In this document: in pieces, positions 10,128 through 19,888 of the stretch
How the letters are laid out: each line of letters opens with the position of its first letter
Numbering within the stretch: position 1 is the first letter of the stretch
Sequence record: SRR22947725_6189
Direction: 5' to 3' (one strand)
Length of the DNA: 49,347 nt
Notes under the pieces: model-generated
What the model saw: the letters and a program-made list of their open reading frames with translations, nothing else
Databases searched by the model: none
What the model was told of the DNA's origin: nothing
Translations under genes and position numbers: made by a program

Positions 10128-11003
10128 ATGACCTATGATCTCTATATCGGCGACCGCACGTTCAGCAGTTGGTCTCTTCGCGGATGGTTGATGCTCAAAT
10201 CTTTCGGCATCCCCTTCAAAAGCCATATTCTGGGGCTTTACAGCGGAACGTTAGAGGCCGATCTCGCCCCCTTCGCGCCCGCGCGTCAAGTTCCAGTTTT
10301 GAAAACGCCCAAAGGGCACATGATTTTTGATACGCTCGCCATAGCGGAAACACTTGCGCAGGCCCATCCAAAGGCCGGTCTATGGCCAGAAGATCCAGCA
10401 CGGCGCGGCGCGGCACGCAGTCTTGTGGCCCAAATGCACAGCGGCTTTTCTGCCCTACGCACTCACTGCCCAATGAACCTGCAAAACGCTTGGGAAGAGT
10501 TTGAAGTTTCGGAAAATCTGTACGCCGATCTCGCTTACCTAGAAACCCTATGGAACTATGCTTTCAAGATGTCCGGCGATCAAGATTGGCTCTTTGGCGC
10601 CTATTCACTTGCCGATGTGTTTTTCGCCCCGGTTGCGGCACGAATTGCCTGTTATAAGCTGCCTGTCTCACAGCAAGCGCAGCAGTATGTTGACAAACAT
10701 TTGGCCCATCAAGATTTTCGCCAGTGGCGCGCTATGGGACTTACGAAACACTACGATCCCTTTCCCTACAACATGCCCTGCGCCTCTGTGCCTTGGCCCG
10801 GCCCACGCACCATAGCGGCCGCAGTCGCCCAAGGGCCGTCTGAAAACGAAACCTGCCCTTATTCGGGTGATGCGGTGACCGATTTTTTACACATTGATGG
10901 CCGCGTTTTTGGCTTTTGCAATCCGTTTTGCCGCGACAAGACTCTGGTTGATCCCGCCGCCTGGCCGGAGTTTATGGCGCTATACTCGACCGCCAAAGCC
11001 TAA
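10128..11003 (+). CDS. Glutathione S-transferase with a C-terminal YHS-like Cys domain
   Basis: SSWSLRGW, VPVL, DTLAIAETL and SLADVFFAPV motifs. C-terminal CPYSG...FGFCNPFCRDK. Confidence 0.85.
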   Translation: MTYDLYIGDRTFSSWSLRGWLMLKSFGIPFKSHILGLYSGTLEADLAPFAPARQVPVLKTPKGHMIFDTLAIAETLAQAHPKAGLWPEDPARRGAARSLVAQMHSGFSALRTHCPMNLQNAWEEFEVSENLYADLAYLETLWNYAFKMSGDQDWLFGAYSLADVFFAPVAARIACYKLPVSQQAQQYVDKHLAHQDFRQWRAMGLTKHYDPFPYNMPCASVPWPGPRTIAAAVAQGPSENETCPYSGDAVTDFLHIDGRVFGFCNPFCRDKTLVDPAAWPEFMALYSTAKA

Positions 11004-11074
11004 GGCGCCGTTCATCTTTCGTAAACCATGATGACCTATGCTCGCTTAACCCGTAACCACACAGGGCCAAGCCG

Positions 11075-12667
11075 ATGGTGGCCGTTACCTATACAGTTGC
11101 ATTTCATGGGGTGGAGGCCCGGCCGGTTGAGGTGCAATGCGCCGTGGCGCCTGGTCTGCCCAGTTTTCAAATCGTCGGGCTGGCCAATAAAGCTGTTAGT
11201 GAGGCACGCAAGCGGGTCAGAGCCGCGCTTGACGCCCTCTCGATTGCCCTCCCCTCCAAGCGGATCACGGTGAACCTGTCACCGGCCGATATGCCCAAGG
11301 AAGGCTCACATTTCGACCTTCCCATTGCGGTGGCTCTCCTCTCGGCCCTGGGCATGATCCCGCAGGAGGAGATTGGCGCCTGCGTTCTCATGGGTGAGCT
11401 GGCTTTGGGGGGCGATCTGGTACAGGTCGCCGGCTGCCTACCCGCGGCGCTCACCGCCGCCAGTGACGGGCGCAGCTTGATTTGCCCCAAAGCCTCGGGC
11501 GCCGAAGCCGCTTGGGTTGAGGCCGCAGCGGTCTTCGCCGCGCCCAACCTTGCCGCTGTCCTGCACCACCTCACCGGGCAAAACCTCCTTGAACTAGCGC
11601 AACCGGGCGAGGTGACGACCGGGCAATCCGCCAAAGATCTGTCCGACGTCAAGGGCCAAGAACGGGCCAAACGCGCCTTGGAAATTGCAGCGGCCGGGCG
11701 GCATCACATGCTGATGGTGGGCCCACCGGGATCTGGAAAATCCATGCTGGCGGCGCGCCTGCCCGGCCTCCTACCGCCGCTCAGCCCTGCCGAAGCGCTT
11801 GAAACCTCGATGATCCATTCCCTGGCCGGGCTGCTCGATGAGGGGGGAATCTCTCGCGAGCGGCCATTTCGAGAGCCCCATAGCACCGCCTCCATGGCCG
11901 CGATCATCGGCGGAGGTCGCAGTGCAAAACCGGGGGAGGTCTCCTTGGCGCACAATGGAGTCCTGTTTATGGATGAGTTTCCGGAATTTCCGCGCCACGT
12001 CTTGGAAACCCTGCGCCAACCGATTGAAAAAGGCGAAGTGATGGTCGCGCGTGCCAATGCCCATGTGAAATATCCAAGTCGCTTCATGCTCATTGCTGCC
12101 GCCAATCCCTGCCGTTGTGGCTATATGTCTGATCCCGCAAGGGCCTGCGCCCGCGCCCCGGAATGCGGCGCTGACTATCTGGGCCGCATATCTGGCCCGC
12201 TGCTGGATCGGTTTGACCTGCGGGTTGATGTGCCGCCTGTCGCCTACAGCGATCTTGAGCTGCCTTGTGACAGCGAGCCAAGTGCCGAGGTGGCGCGGCG
12301 CATCGCTGCCGCCCGTGACCGGCAAGCCACGCGATATGCCGAAACTTTGCACTGTACGGTCAATGCAGATGCCGAAGGGTCCGTATTGCAAAAGTTCGCA
12401 ACGCCCAGCCTAGACGGTCAGGCGCTCTTGCTCGAAATTGCGGAACGTTTTGGCCTAACAGCGCGGGGCTATCATCGTGTGATGCGGGTCGCGCGCACCA
12501 TTGCGGATTTGGCCGGCAGTGAGGCGGTGGAACGGGCCCATATTGCAGAAGCGGCCAGCTTTCGCCTGCCTACGGGACAAATCCGATCTCAGCCGCGCAA
12601 CAGTCGAAAAGCCGCCGCTGCCGCCCAGCCAGAGAAAATGGCAATGGCCAATGACAGCAGGCCATAA
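11075..12667 (+). CDS. comM: YifB/ComM family Mg-chelatase-like AAA+ ATPase
   Basis: NLSPADMPKEGSHFDLPIA, GPPGSGKS, PGEVSLAHNGVLFMDE, NPCRCG and SGPLLDRFD motifs. Confidence 0.92.
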   Translation: MVAVTYTVAFHGVEARPVEVQCAVAPGLPSFQIVGLANKAVSEARKRVRAALDALSIALPSKRITVNLSPADMPKEGSHFDLPIAVALLSALGMIPQEEIGACVLMGELALGGDLVQVAGCLPAALTAASDGRSLICPKASGAEAAWVEAAAVFAAPNLAAVLHHLTGQNLLELAQPGEVTTGQSAKDLSDVKGQERAKRALEIAAAGRHHMLMVGPPGSGKSMLAARLPGLLPPLSPAEALETSMIHSLAGLLDEGGISRERPFREPHSTASMAAIIGGGRSAKPGEVSLAHNGVLFMDEFPEFPRHVLETLRQPIEKGEVMVARANAHVKYPSRFMLIAAANPCRCGYMSDPARACARAPECGADYLGRISGPLLDRFDLRVDVPPVAYSDLELPCDSEPSAEVARRIAAARDRQATRYAETLHCTVNADAEGSVLQKFATPSLDGQALLLEIAERFGLTARGYHRVMRVARTIADLAGSEAVERAHIAEAASFRLPTGQIRSQPRNSRKAAAAAQPEKMAMANDSRP

Positions 12668-13359
12668 ACCACCGGACGCTCATGGGCCAAATTATACAGC
12701 CAACGCTCGATGCCAACCTTATGCACATCGATTGCGGTCTGATACTGCGACACAACCTCGCCGTCGCGCATCACGAAAATACGCGCCGAATAGGCACCTT
12801 CCACCAAATTTGACGGCAGTGAAACAGAGGTTGAGAACAAGGTTTGCTCTTGCAGCTGCACCGAGCCCGGCAGCATTTGATACAGCCCCTGCTCTTCGCG
12901 TACGCGCACCAGAGCTTCGGTAAATTGATCTTTGTTGTTCGTGCTGGGAGGAACGGCCACCGCTCGGATCAACTGGCGTACAGAGATTTGATGCCACAGA
13001 TCTGATGCCTCGCTGACCACGCGGTCAAAAGGTCCGGTGGTGGCCACCGCATAAAAACTGGGCGCCAGATCGACATCAAAAGCCTCTACATTGACCCAAA
13101 TGCCCAAACGTTTGTCCTTACGGCGCACGGTGACGGGATTGCGTGGGCTGGCGATGGTGACAACAACATCGAGATCACCGGCCGAACTGGCTGCGGTTTC
13201 ATGTTTCAAAGCACCGAAGATCAAGATTTCCGACCCATTGAAAAACGCTGTGATCCCGATTTCGTTTTTCGACATGCCCAGAACAATATCCTGCGCCGAG
13301 ACCGGGCCAGAGAGGGCCAGCAGAGCAAAAAACAACCTTGCGAAAAACCCTTGCATCAA
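12589..13359 (-). CDS. Conserved alphaproteobacterial membrane protein (TIGR02186-like)
   Basis: Signal peptide, FNGSEILIFGA, VRRKDKRLGIWVN, APSFYAVAT and a C-terminal TM helix. Coupled to the TauE gene. Confidence 0.8.
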   Translation of the reverse strand: MMQGFFARLFFALLALSGPVSAQDIVLGMSKNEIGITAFFNGSEILIFGALKHETAASSAGDLDVVVTIASPRNPVTVRRKDKRLGIWVNVEAFDVDLAPSFYAVATTGPFDRVVSEASDLWHQISVRQLIRAVAVPPSTNNKDQFTEALVRVREEQGLYQMLPGSVQLQEQTLFSTSVSLPSNLVEGAYSARIFVMRDGEVVSQYQTAIDVHKVGIERWLYNLAHERPVVYGLLSLAIAIFSGWAAAAAFRLLRG

Positions 13360-14273
13360 TGGCCTCCCGCAACGCCGAGGCTAAACAGTTCTGCCGGCTC
13401 TACGATCAGGTCCAAAGCCAGCTTGCCGCAGACCAAAAGCACCATCAGCGCGAGAAGGATTCGCAGCTGTTCAGCTTTGAGCTTGGCGCCGATCATAGTA
13501 CCGAATTGCGCGCCGATGACCCCGCCAATCAAGAGCAATACCGCCAGAACCATATCCACTGTGTAATTGGTGGTGGCATGCAGCATAGTGGTAAATGCTG
13601 TGACAAAGATGATCTGAAACAGCGATGTGCCCACCACGACTTTTGTCGGCATGCCCAGCAGGTAAATCATCGCCGGAACCATGACGAAACCGCCGCCCAC
13701 GCCCATGATCGCGGCCAAGACACCTACGGCGACGCCAACAACGATGGGTGGGATTATAGAAATATACAGACCCGACACACGGAACCGCATTTTAAACGGT
13801 AGACTATGCACCAAACCGCGTTTTTTGCGCGGCTTGGACACGGCCACCTGTTTCGATTTGCGCAGCGCCCGCAGGCTTTCGGCAAACATCAAGCTGCCAA
13901 CGACACCCAAAAACAGCACGTAGCACAATTTGACCAAGAGATCGACCTGGCCCAAACTTTTGAGGTAATTGAACACAACCACACCAAGCGCCGCACCGAC
14001 CAACCCGCCAATGAGCAGCACCCCGCCCATTTTGAAATCCACCGTTTTGCGTTTCACATGCGCCAAAACGCCAGAGAAGGAGGAGGCCACGATTTGATTG
14101 GCTTCTGTGGCAACGGCCACCGCAGGGGGGATGCCGATGAAAAACAAAAGCGGTGTCATCAAAAAGCCACCGCCAACGCCGAACATGCCCGAAAGAATCC
14201 CCACCAACCCGCCGAGCCCCAACAGGACAAAGGCATTCACAGAGACTTCAGCAATGGGCAGATAGATATACAT
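13356..14273 (-). CDS. Sulfite exporter TauE/SafE family membrane protein
   Basis: Duplicated GMFGVGGGF / IMGVGGGF motifs, VGTSL, many TM segments, and an MYIYLPIAE N-terminus. Confidence 0.9.
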   Translation of the reverse strand: MYIYLPIAEVSVNAFVLLGLGGLVGILSGMFGVGGGFLMTPLLFFIGIPPAVAVATEANQIVASSFSGVLAHVKRKTVDFKMGGVLLIGGLVGAALGVVVFNYLKSLGQVDLLVKLCYVLFLGVVGSLMFAESLRALRKSKQVAVSKPRKKRGLVHSLPFKMRFRVSGLYISIIPPIVVGVAVGVLAAIMGVGGGFVMVPAMIYLLGMPTKVVVGTSLFQIIFVTAFTTMLHATTNYTVDMVLAVLLLIGGVIGAQFGTMIGAKLKAEQLRILLALMVLLVCGKLALDLIVEPAELFSLGVAGGH

Positions 14274-14381
14274 GGCGCCGCATAGCCCTAACGCTGGTCT
14301 CGGGCAAGGGGGTGGAGAGGCTCGGCGTGAAATCTGCGCTAAAAACGCCCGTGTGGCCTTATCATCATCTGAAATTTGGCC

Positions 14382-15521
14382 TTATTTCTCTTTGACGTAG
14401 GCCACCCCGCCCGACCGGGGCGGAATGGCTTTGCCGACGAAGCCTGCAAGGACCACGACGGTCAGCACATAGGGCAGAGATTGGATGAAAACCACGGGGA
14501 TCTTGATCATACTGCCCAGTCCTGCGCTCCAGCTGCTCAGGGTGATCAAGGCCGCCACAAGCGCAAGCCCCAAGCCCAAACCACCCAAAACGATGCGATC
14601 GAGCAAGGTTTTGTGGCGCACATAGGCGAAAAGGCCCAGCCCAAGCGCAAAAAGCACCCCACTCATCGCCCAAGCGGGCAGGAGAATGTTTTGGAAACGG
14701 TTGTCCACGGCAAAGAAAAATCCAAACAACAAACACGCGCCAAGCGCATACCAAGGCCGCCATTTGGCGAAGATCAAAGCAGCCAAGGCAATGAACCCGC
14801 GGCCGGCGGACATATCTTTCACGAAACCAGCTTGCAGCGCCGTGGCCATATAGGCTCCGGCAATGCCACATAAAACGCCGCAAATACCGACAGCGGCGTA
14901 ACGCAGGCCCACAACAGAAATCCCCGCCGTGTCCACAGCAGCCGGGTTTTCCCCGACAGCCCGCAAGCGCAAGCCAAAGCGGGTTTTGTACAACACAAAC
15001 CACGTCAAAGGCACCATCAATAGCGCCACATAGACCAGCAAGGAATGCCCCGAGAGAAGCTCCGAATAAAGCTGCATGACAGGTCCGGCCTCTGAAATCT
15101 CTTTCGCCGGCACAGCGCCCGGCAGGTTGAGAGGTTCAAAACGTCCTCCAGAAAGGAGCGGCGGTGTGCGCCCGCCTTGGCCAAACCAATCTTGCGAAAT
15201 CACCACCGTTAGTCCTGCAGCCAAAAAGTTAATCGCGACACCAGAAATGATCTGATCGCCGCGTAGGGTGATAGAGGCCAGGCCATGAATGGCCGAGAGC
15301 AAGAGCGAGGCACCAACCCCAGCCAAGAGTCCCAACCAGACAGATCCGGTTGTCGCGGCAATCGCCGCCGACAGAAAGGCCGCCGCCAGCATTTTCCCTT
15401 CAAGACCAATGTCAAAAATCCCAGCGCGCTCCGAAAACAATCCGGCCAGACAGGCCAAAAGCAATGGCGTGGCCAAACGCAGGGAGCTGTCTAACACTTG
15501 CAAGAGCGTGAGAAAATCCAT
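14382..15521 (-). CDS. ABC transporter permease (nucleoside/simple sugar type)
   Basis: SERAGIFDIGLEG, GLRLRAVGENP.A.DTAG and GRGFIALAALIF motifs. Confidence 0.92.
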   Translation of the reverse strand: MDFLTLLQVLDSSLRLATPLLLACLAGLFSERAGIFDIGLEGKMLAAAFLSAAIAATTGSVWLGLLAGVGASLLLSAIHGLASITLRGDQIISGVAINFLAAGLTVVISQDWFGQGGRTPPLLSGGRFEPLNLPGAVPAKEISEAGPVMQLYSELLSGHSLLVYVALLMVPLTWFVLYKTRFGLRLRAVGENPAAVDTAGISVVGLRYAAVGICGVLCGIAGAYMATALQAGFVKDMSAGRGFIALAALIFAKWRPWYALGACLLFGFFFAVDNRFQNILLPAWAMSGVLFALGLGLFAYVRHKTLLDRIVLGGLGLGLALVAALITLSSWSAGLGSMIKIPVVFIQSLPYVLTVVVLAGFVGKAIPPRSGGVAYVKEK

Positions 15522-15525
15522 TGTT

Positions 15526-16620
15526 CTATCCCCCCCGCCGCAGGCTTAAAAACAAGCGCTCAAGTGGGCGGCGCACCATTAAGGTCAAGGCGCCGGTGAA
15601 CAAGATCACCAAGGCCTGGATCACCACGATCAACTCGCGCGGAATTTTTGTCCACAGCGCCAATTCCGCGCCGCCTTGGTACAAAAAGCCGAATAGCAAT
15701 GCCGCGAGAAACACCCCAAGCGGGTGACTGCGCCCCATCAAGGCCACGGCGATTCCGATAAAGCCGGCCCCTTCGGTGAAGTTCAAAATCAACCGCTCAC
15801 TTTCGCCCTGTGTTGTGTTGATGGCCATCATGCCGGACAAAGCGCCCGAGATCATCATGGCCACCATAATGATTTTCACCGATCCAATGCCCGCATAGCG
15901 CGCCGCCGGTTCTGATTTACCCATCGCGCGAATTTCATAGCCCAAAGGCGTGCGCCAAATCAAAAACCAAACCAACACACAGGCCACCAGCGCAAGGAAA
16001 AAACTGACATTCGCAGGAGCGGCGCGAAACATTTTTTCGAAGCCCAAAAGCCCCGCCATATCCTCAAAGGTTGGCAAATGGGTGGCGGCTGGAAAGTTTG
16101 CTGTGGCCGGGTCCATGCTGCCCTTCGGCTTTAACGCGCCGACCAAGAAAAAGTTCAAAACCCCGGCTGCAATGAAATTGAACATGATTGTTGTGATAAC
16201 AATGTGGCTGCCGCGTTTGGCCTGCAGATAGGCCGGAAGTCCCGCCCAAATCATACCGAAGAAGGCCGCACCAAGCGAGGCCCCGATGATGGCAAAGCTC
16301 CAATGGGGCCATGGGATGAACAGACACACCAGCGCCACACCAAGCCCGCCCATCATCGCCTGCCCCTCGCCGCCGATATTGAACAGGGCGGCATGAAAAG
16401 CCACGGAGACCGCAAGCCCCGTGAAGATGAAATTGGTGGTATAATAGAGCATATAGCCCCAGCCCGAAGATCGCAGCAACGTGCCCTCAATCATGAGCTT
16501 AAGCGCGGCGACTGGGCTTTCACCGATCGCCAGGATCAGTAACGCCGACAGAAGCGCCGCGATGATCAGCGAAATCAGAGGGACAAGAACCACATCCGCC
16601 CATTTTGGCATTACACCCAT
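15526..16620 (-). CDS. ABC transporter permease (nucleoside/simple sugar type)
   Basis: LFNIGGEGQ, HIVITTIMFN, GYEIRAMG..A.YAG and GFIGIAVALMG motifs. Confidence 0.92.
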   Translation of the reverse strand: MGVMPKWADVVLVPLISLIIAALLSALLILAIGESPVAALKLMIEGTLLRSSGWGYMLYYTTNFIFTGLAVSVAFHAALFNIGGEGQAMMGGLGVALVCLFIPWPHWSFAIIGASLGAAFFGMIWAGLPAYLQAKRGSHIVITTIMFNFIAAGVLNFFLVGALKPKGSMDPATANFPAATHLPTFEDMAGLLGFEKMFRAAPANVSFFLALVACVLVWFLIWRTPLGYEIRAMGKSEPAARYAGIGSVKIIMVAMMISGALSGMMAINTTQGESERLILNFTEGAGFIGIAVALMGRSHPLGVFLAALLFGFLYQGGAELALWTKIPRELIVVIQALVILFTGALTLMVRRPLERLFLSLRRGG

Positions 16621-16660
16621 AATTGCGCTCCACAGTTTTGCACGGCCTGTCGGTTCAAAC

Positions 16661-18196
16661 TCACGCCGAGGCCTCCCCTGTCACACCGGCCATTAAAAGG
16701 CCAAGCTCTTTTTCATTGGTATCTGCCGGATCACGTTCACCCATGATCTGGCCATCAAACATCACCGCAATGCGGTCAGAGAGCGAGAGAATTTCATCCA
16801 GCTCCACAGACACCAGCAAGATCGCCTTGCCCTGATCGCGCAGCGCAACAATTTGTTGATGGATAAACTCAATCGCACCGATGTCGACGCCGCGTGTGGG
16901 TTGTCCGATCAAAAGCAAATCCGGGTTGCGCTCAATCTCACGCGCAAGAACAATTTTTTGTTGATTGCCGCCAGAGAAATTCTGGGCTGTCAAATTGGGA
17001 TTGGGCGGGCGCACATCGAAGCGCTGCATTTTCGCCGCAGTTTCCGCCTTAATCGCCGCATTGTCCATAAAAAACCGATTGGCCTGATGCGCCGGGTCAC
17101 GATGGTAGCCAAAAACCGCATTTTCCCAGGCCATAAATTCCATGATCAGACCTTCGCGCTGACGATCCTCTGGCACATGGGCGATGCCATTGGCCCGCCG
17201 GGATTGCCCGTCACTGTCTGCGCCCGTCAAATCCAAGGCGGCACCATTGACTTTCACCGAACCTGTGGCGGTTTGATAGCCACCCAAAACTTCCAGCAAT
17301 TCAGACTGCCCATTGCCCGCCACCCCGGCGATGCCCAGAATTTCGCCGGCACGCAGCGAGAGGCTCACATCCTTCAGCCGCGCGACCCCAGCATCATCCA
17401 CCACATTCAGACCGCTGATCTCCAGCACTTGATGTTTGGGCTGCGCTGGCGTTTTATCCACCCGCAGCAAAACCTTCCGCCCAACCATCAGTTCCGCCAA
17501 ATTTTCAGGGCTTGTTTGTGAGGTCTTCACCGTCGCCGTCATCTCACCGCGCCGCATCACGCTCACCGTATCGGTGATATCCATAATCTCCCGCAGCTTA
17601 TGGGTGATGAGAATGATGGTTTTGCCCTCTTCGCGCAGCCGCCCCAAAATACGAAACAGCTGATCGGCTTCCGTTGGGGTCAATACGCCGGTGGGTTCAT
17701 CGAGGATCAATATATTAGCCCGGCGGTACAGCGCTTTGAGGATCTCAACCCGCTGCTGCATACCCACGCCAATCTCCTCAATCACCGCATCTGGGTCTAC
17801 GTTCAGCTCATATTCCGCAGCCAATTCCGCCAATTCCGCCCGCGCCTTGCGCAGGGAGGGCGCTAAGAAGGCTCCGCTTTCCGCACCAAGGACGATATTT
17901 TCAAGAACGGTGAAATTCTCAACCAGTTTAAAATGTTGGAACACCATGCCGATCCCGGCAGAAATCGCAGCTTGGCTGTCCGGGATCGCCGTTTTCTTGC
18001 CTGAGATAAAAATCTCGCCCGCGTCTGCTTTGTAAAACCCGTAAAGGATCGACATAAGGGTTGATTTGCCAGCACCATTCTCGCCGATAATACCATGAAT
18101 GGTTCCAGGCATGACACGGATTGAGATGTCTTTATTGGCCTGCACGGGCCCAAAGGCCTTGGAAATACCCTGTAATTCAATCGCTGGCTGGCTCAT
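16661..18196 (-). CDS. ABC transporter ATP-binding protein (duplicated NBD, CUT2 type)
   Basis: GENGAGKST, LILDEPT, FSGGNQQK and PTRGVD motifs. Confidence 0.95.
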   Translation of the reverse strand: MSQPAIELQGISKAFGPVQANKDISIRVMPGTIHGIIGENGAGKSTLMSILYGFYKADAGEIFISGKKTAIPDSQAAISAGIGMVFQHFKLVENFTVLENIVLGAESGAFLAPSLRKARAELAELAAEYELNVDPDAVIEEIGVGMQQRVEILKALYRRANILILDEPTGVLTPTEADQLFRILGRLREEGKTIILITHKLREIMDITDTVSVMRRGEMTATVKTSQTSPENLAELMVGRKVLLRVDKTPAQPKHQVLEISGLNVVDDAGVARLKDVSLSLRAGEILGIAGVAGNGQSELLEVLGGYQTATGSVKVNGAALDLTGADSDGQSRRANGIAHVPEDRQREGLIMEFMAWENAVFGYHRDPAHQANRFFMDNAAIKAETAAKMQRFDVRPPNPNLTAQNFSGGNQQKIVLAREIERNPDLLLIGQPTRGVDIGAIEFIHQQIVALRDQGKAILLVSVELDEILSLSDRIAVMFDGQIMGERDPADTNEKELGLLMAGVTGEASA

Positions 18197-18210
18197 TAAA
18201 ATCCCTTTGT

Positions 18211-18244
18211 CAACAAAGGCCGCGCCAACTCAATGGCGCGGCCT
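18211..18244 (-). terminator. Intrinsic terminator or stabilising hairpin after the BMP gene
   Basis: Minus strand reads AGGCCGCGCCA-TTGAGT-TGGCGCGGCCT followed by TTGTTG. Confidence 0.7.
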
Positions 18245-18271
18245 CTCAATCTTGGCCTGTTCGCAGGTCCT

Positions 18272-19270
18272 TTAGAAGGACAAGGCTGGGCAGGTTTCGT
18301 CGGAGGTATAATCATGCACGGACAATGAGCCCGCAGTGATGGCCGCCGCCGCCGCCTCTACAGCGCTTTGCATATCTGCAGACACCAAAGATGCGTTGAA
18401 CTCATCCAGAGCGTAGCCGACGCCACCATTGGCCACGCCCATTTGGAAATTGCCTGTTTCCAGCGCATCGCCTTGGCTGAAGGCTTCGTAAACCGCATTG
18501 TCCACGCGCTTCAGCATGGAGGTCAGAACCTTGCCGGGGTGCATGTAGTTTTGATTGCTGTCTACACCGATGGACAAAATGCCCTCATCCGCCGCGGTTT
18601 GCAAAACGCCAACGCCGGTACCACCAGCCGCAGCAAAGACCACATCCGCACCTTGGCTGATCTGCGCTTTGGTCAGCTCAGAGCCTTTTACCGGATCATT
18701 CCAAGCGGCCGGGGTTGTACCGGTCATATTGGCAATGATTGTTGCGTCGGCATTAACCGCCTTCACGCCCTGCGCAAAGCCGCAGCCAAAGCGACGGATC
18801 AGTGGGATATCCATGCCACCAACAAAGCCGACCGTGCCCGTTTTAGAAGCCTGTGCGGCCAGCATACCGACAAGGTAGGAGCCTTCATGCTCGTTAAATC
18901 CAATGCCGCGCACGTTGGGCATGCTCAACCAGTTCACATCAATCACCGCAAACTTTGTGTCCGGATAATCTGGCGCGACTTTACCCAGCGCATCGGCGAA
19001 GGCAAAGCCAGCCATGACGATCGGATTAGAGCCAGCTTCCGCAAAGCGCCGCAAGGCTTGCTCGCGCTGGGCCTCATTTTGCAGCTCAATCTCGCGGAAC
19101 GATCCGCCGGTTTCATCCGCCCAGCGCTGCGCGCCCTGGAACGCGGCCTCGTTGAAAGATTTGTCAAATTTACCGCCAAGATCAAAGATGATAGCAGGGT
19201 CAGCCAATGCAGCAGTGGCGCTCAAAGCCACAGCAGCAGCGCTGCCAAGAATAGTTTTCATAAAGCTCAT
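18272..19270 (-). CDS. BMP family ABC transporter substrate-binding protein
   Basis: GGKFDKSFN, FNEHEGSYLVG, GADVVFAAAGGTG, IGVDSNQ and TSMLKRVD motifs. Sec signal ending ALA-DP with no lipobox Cys. Confidence 0.93.
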   Translation of the reverse strand: MSFMKTILGSAAAVALSATAALADPAIIFDLGGKFDKSFNEAAFQGAQRWADETGGSFREIELQNEAQREQALRRFAEAGSNPIVMAGFAFADALGKVAPDYPDTKFAVIDVNWLSMPNVRGIGFNEHEGSYLVGMLAAQASKTGTVGFVGGMDIPLIRRFGCGFAQGVKAVNADATIIANMTGTTPAAWNDPVKGSELTKAQISQGADVVFAAAGGTGVGVLQTAADEGILSIGVDSNQNYMHPGKVLTSMLKRVDNAVYEAFSQGDALETGNFQMGVANGGVGYALDEFNASLVSADMQSAVEAAAAAITAGSLSVHDYTSDETCPALSF

Positions 19271-19456
19271 AAGAGTCTCCCATAAATAGCGACAACCCAG
19301 CAGACAGAATCCTACGGGTCAAAAGCAAGCAGATCCTTCGATCATGACCAAATAAGCCCGTTCTGCCAAGGGAGCGTCAATATAAATTTATCCTTTTATT
19401 AAGAAAATCACAGTTGAAACCTGAAAGCTCCCCGAGGAGTTCAAATATAAAACAAT

Positions 19457-19888
19457 TTAAGTCAGTGATTTACGAAGGATCAGCGCGTCACATTGCGTGC
19501 CGTCGCGCCGCTGATAATAGCCTGATCGGCGGCCAACCTGCTCAAATTCTAAGCTTTTATAGAGCCCAAGGGCCGGCACATTGTCCGCGGCCACTTCCAA
19601 AAACACGGAGCGCGCGCCCAAAACTGCCGACGCCTCACAAAGCGACAGCATCACTTGCCGCGCCAAACCCCGCCTTTGCGCCTCTACGGCGCAGGCAACA
19701 GTAAGGATTTCAAGCTCATCAAGCACCAAACGTCCCATCGCAAAACAGCCCAGAACCGCCCGCACATGCACGCCGGGCTGCGCCATAAGATGTTGAAACT
19801 CATCTGCGGACCACGGGCGCGCATTGACAAAGGCAGAGCGGTGAATCCGCGCGAAATCTGCGGCCAAAACAGGCGTGTTAGGCGGCAA
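19457..19888 (-). CDS. GNAT acetyltransferase, RimI-like
   Basis: PWS, ELEILTVA, QRRGLA, FLEVAADN..ALGLY..F..VGRR.GYY motifs. TTG start overlaps the nifU stop; true start uncertain. Confidence 0.85.
   Translation of the reverse strand: MPPNTPVLAADFARIHRSAFVNARPWSADEFQHLMAQPGVHVRAVLGCFAMGRLVLDELEILTVACAVEAQRRGLARQVMLSLCEASAVLGARSVFLEVAADNVPALGLYKSLEFEQVGRRSGYYQRRDGTQCDALILRKSLT

Noticed and set aside
18368..19285. 305-aa ORF antisense to the BMP gene, and similar shadows such as 24474-25340 and 6393-7088
   Set aside because: Each lies over well-supported opposite-strand genes and shows no domain signatures.
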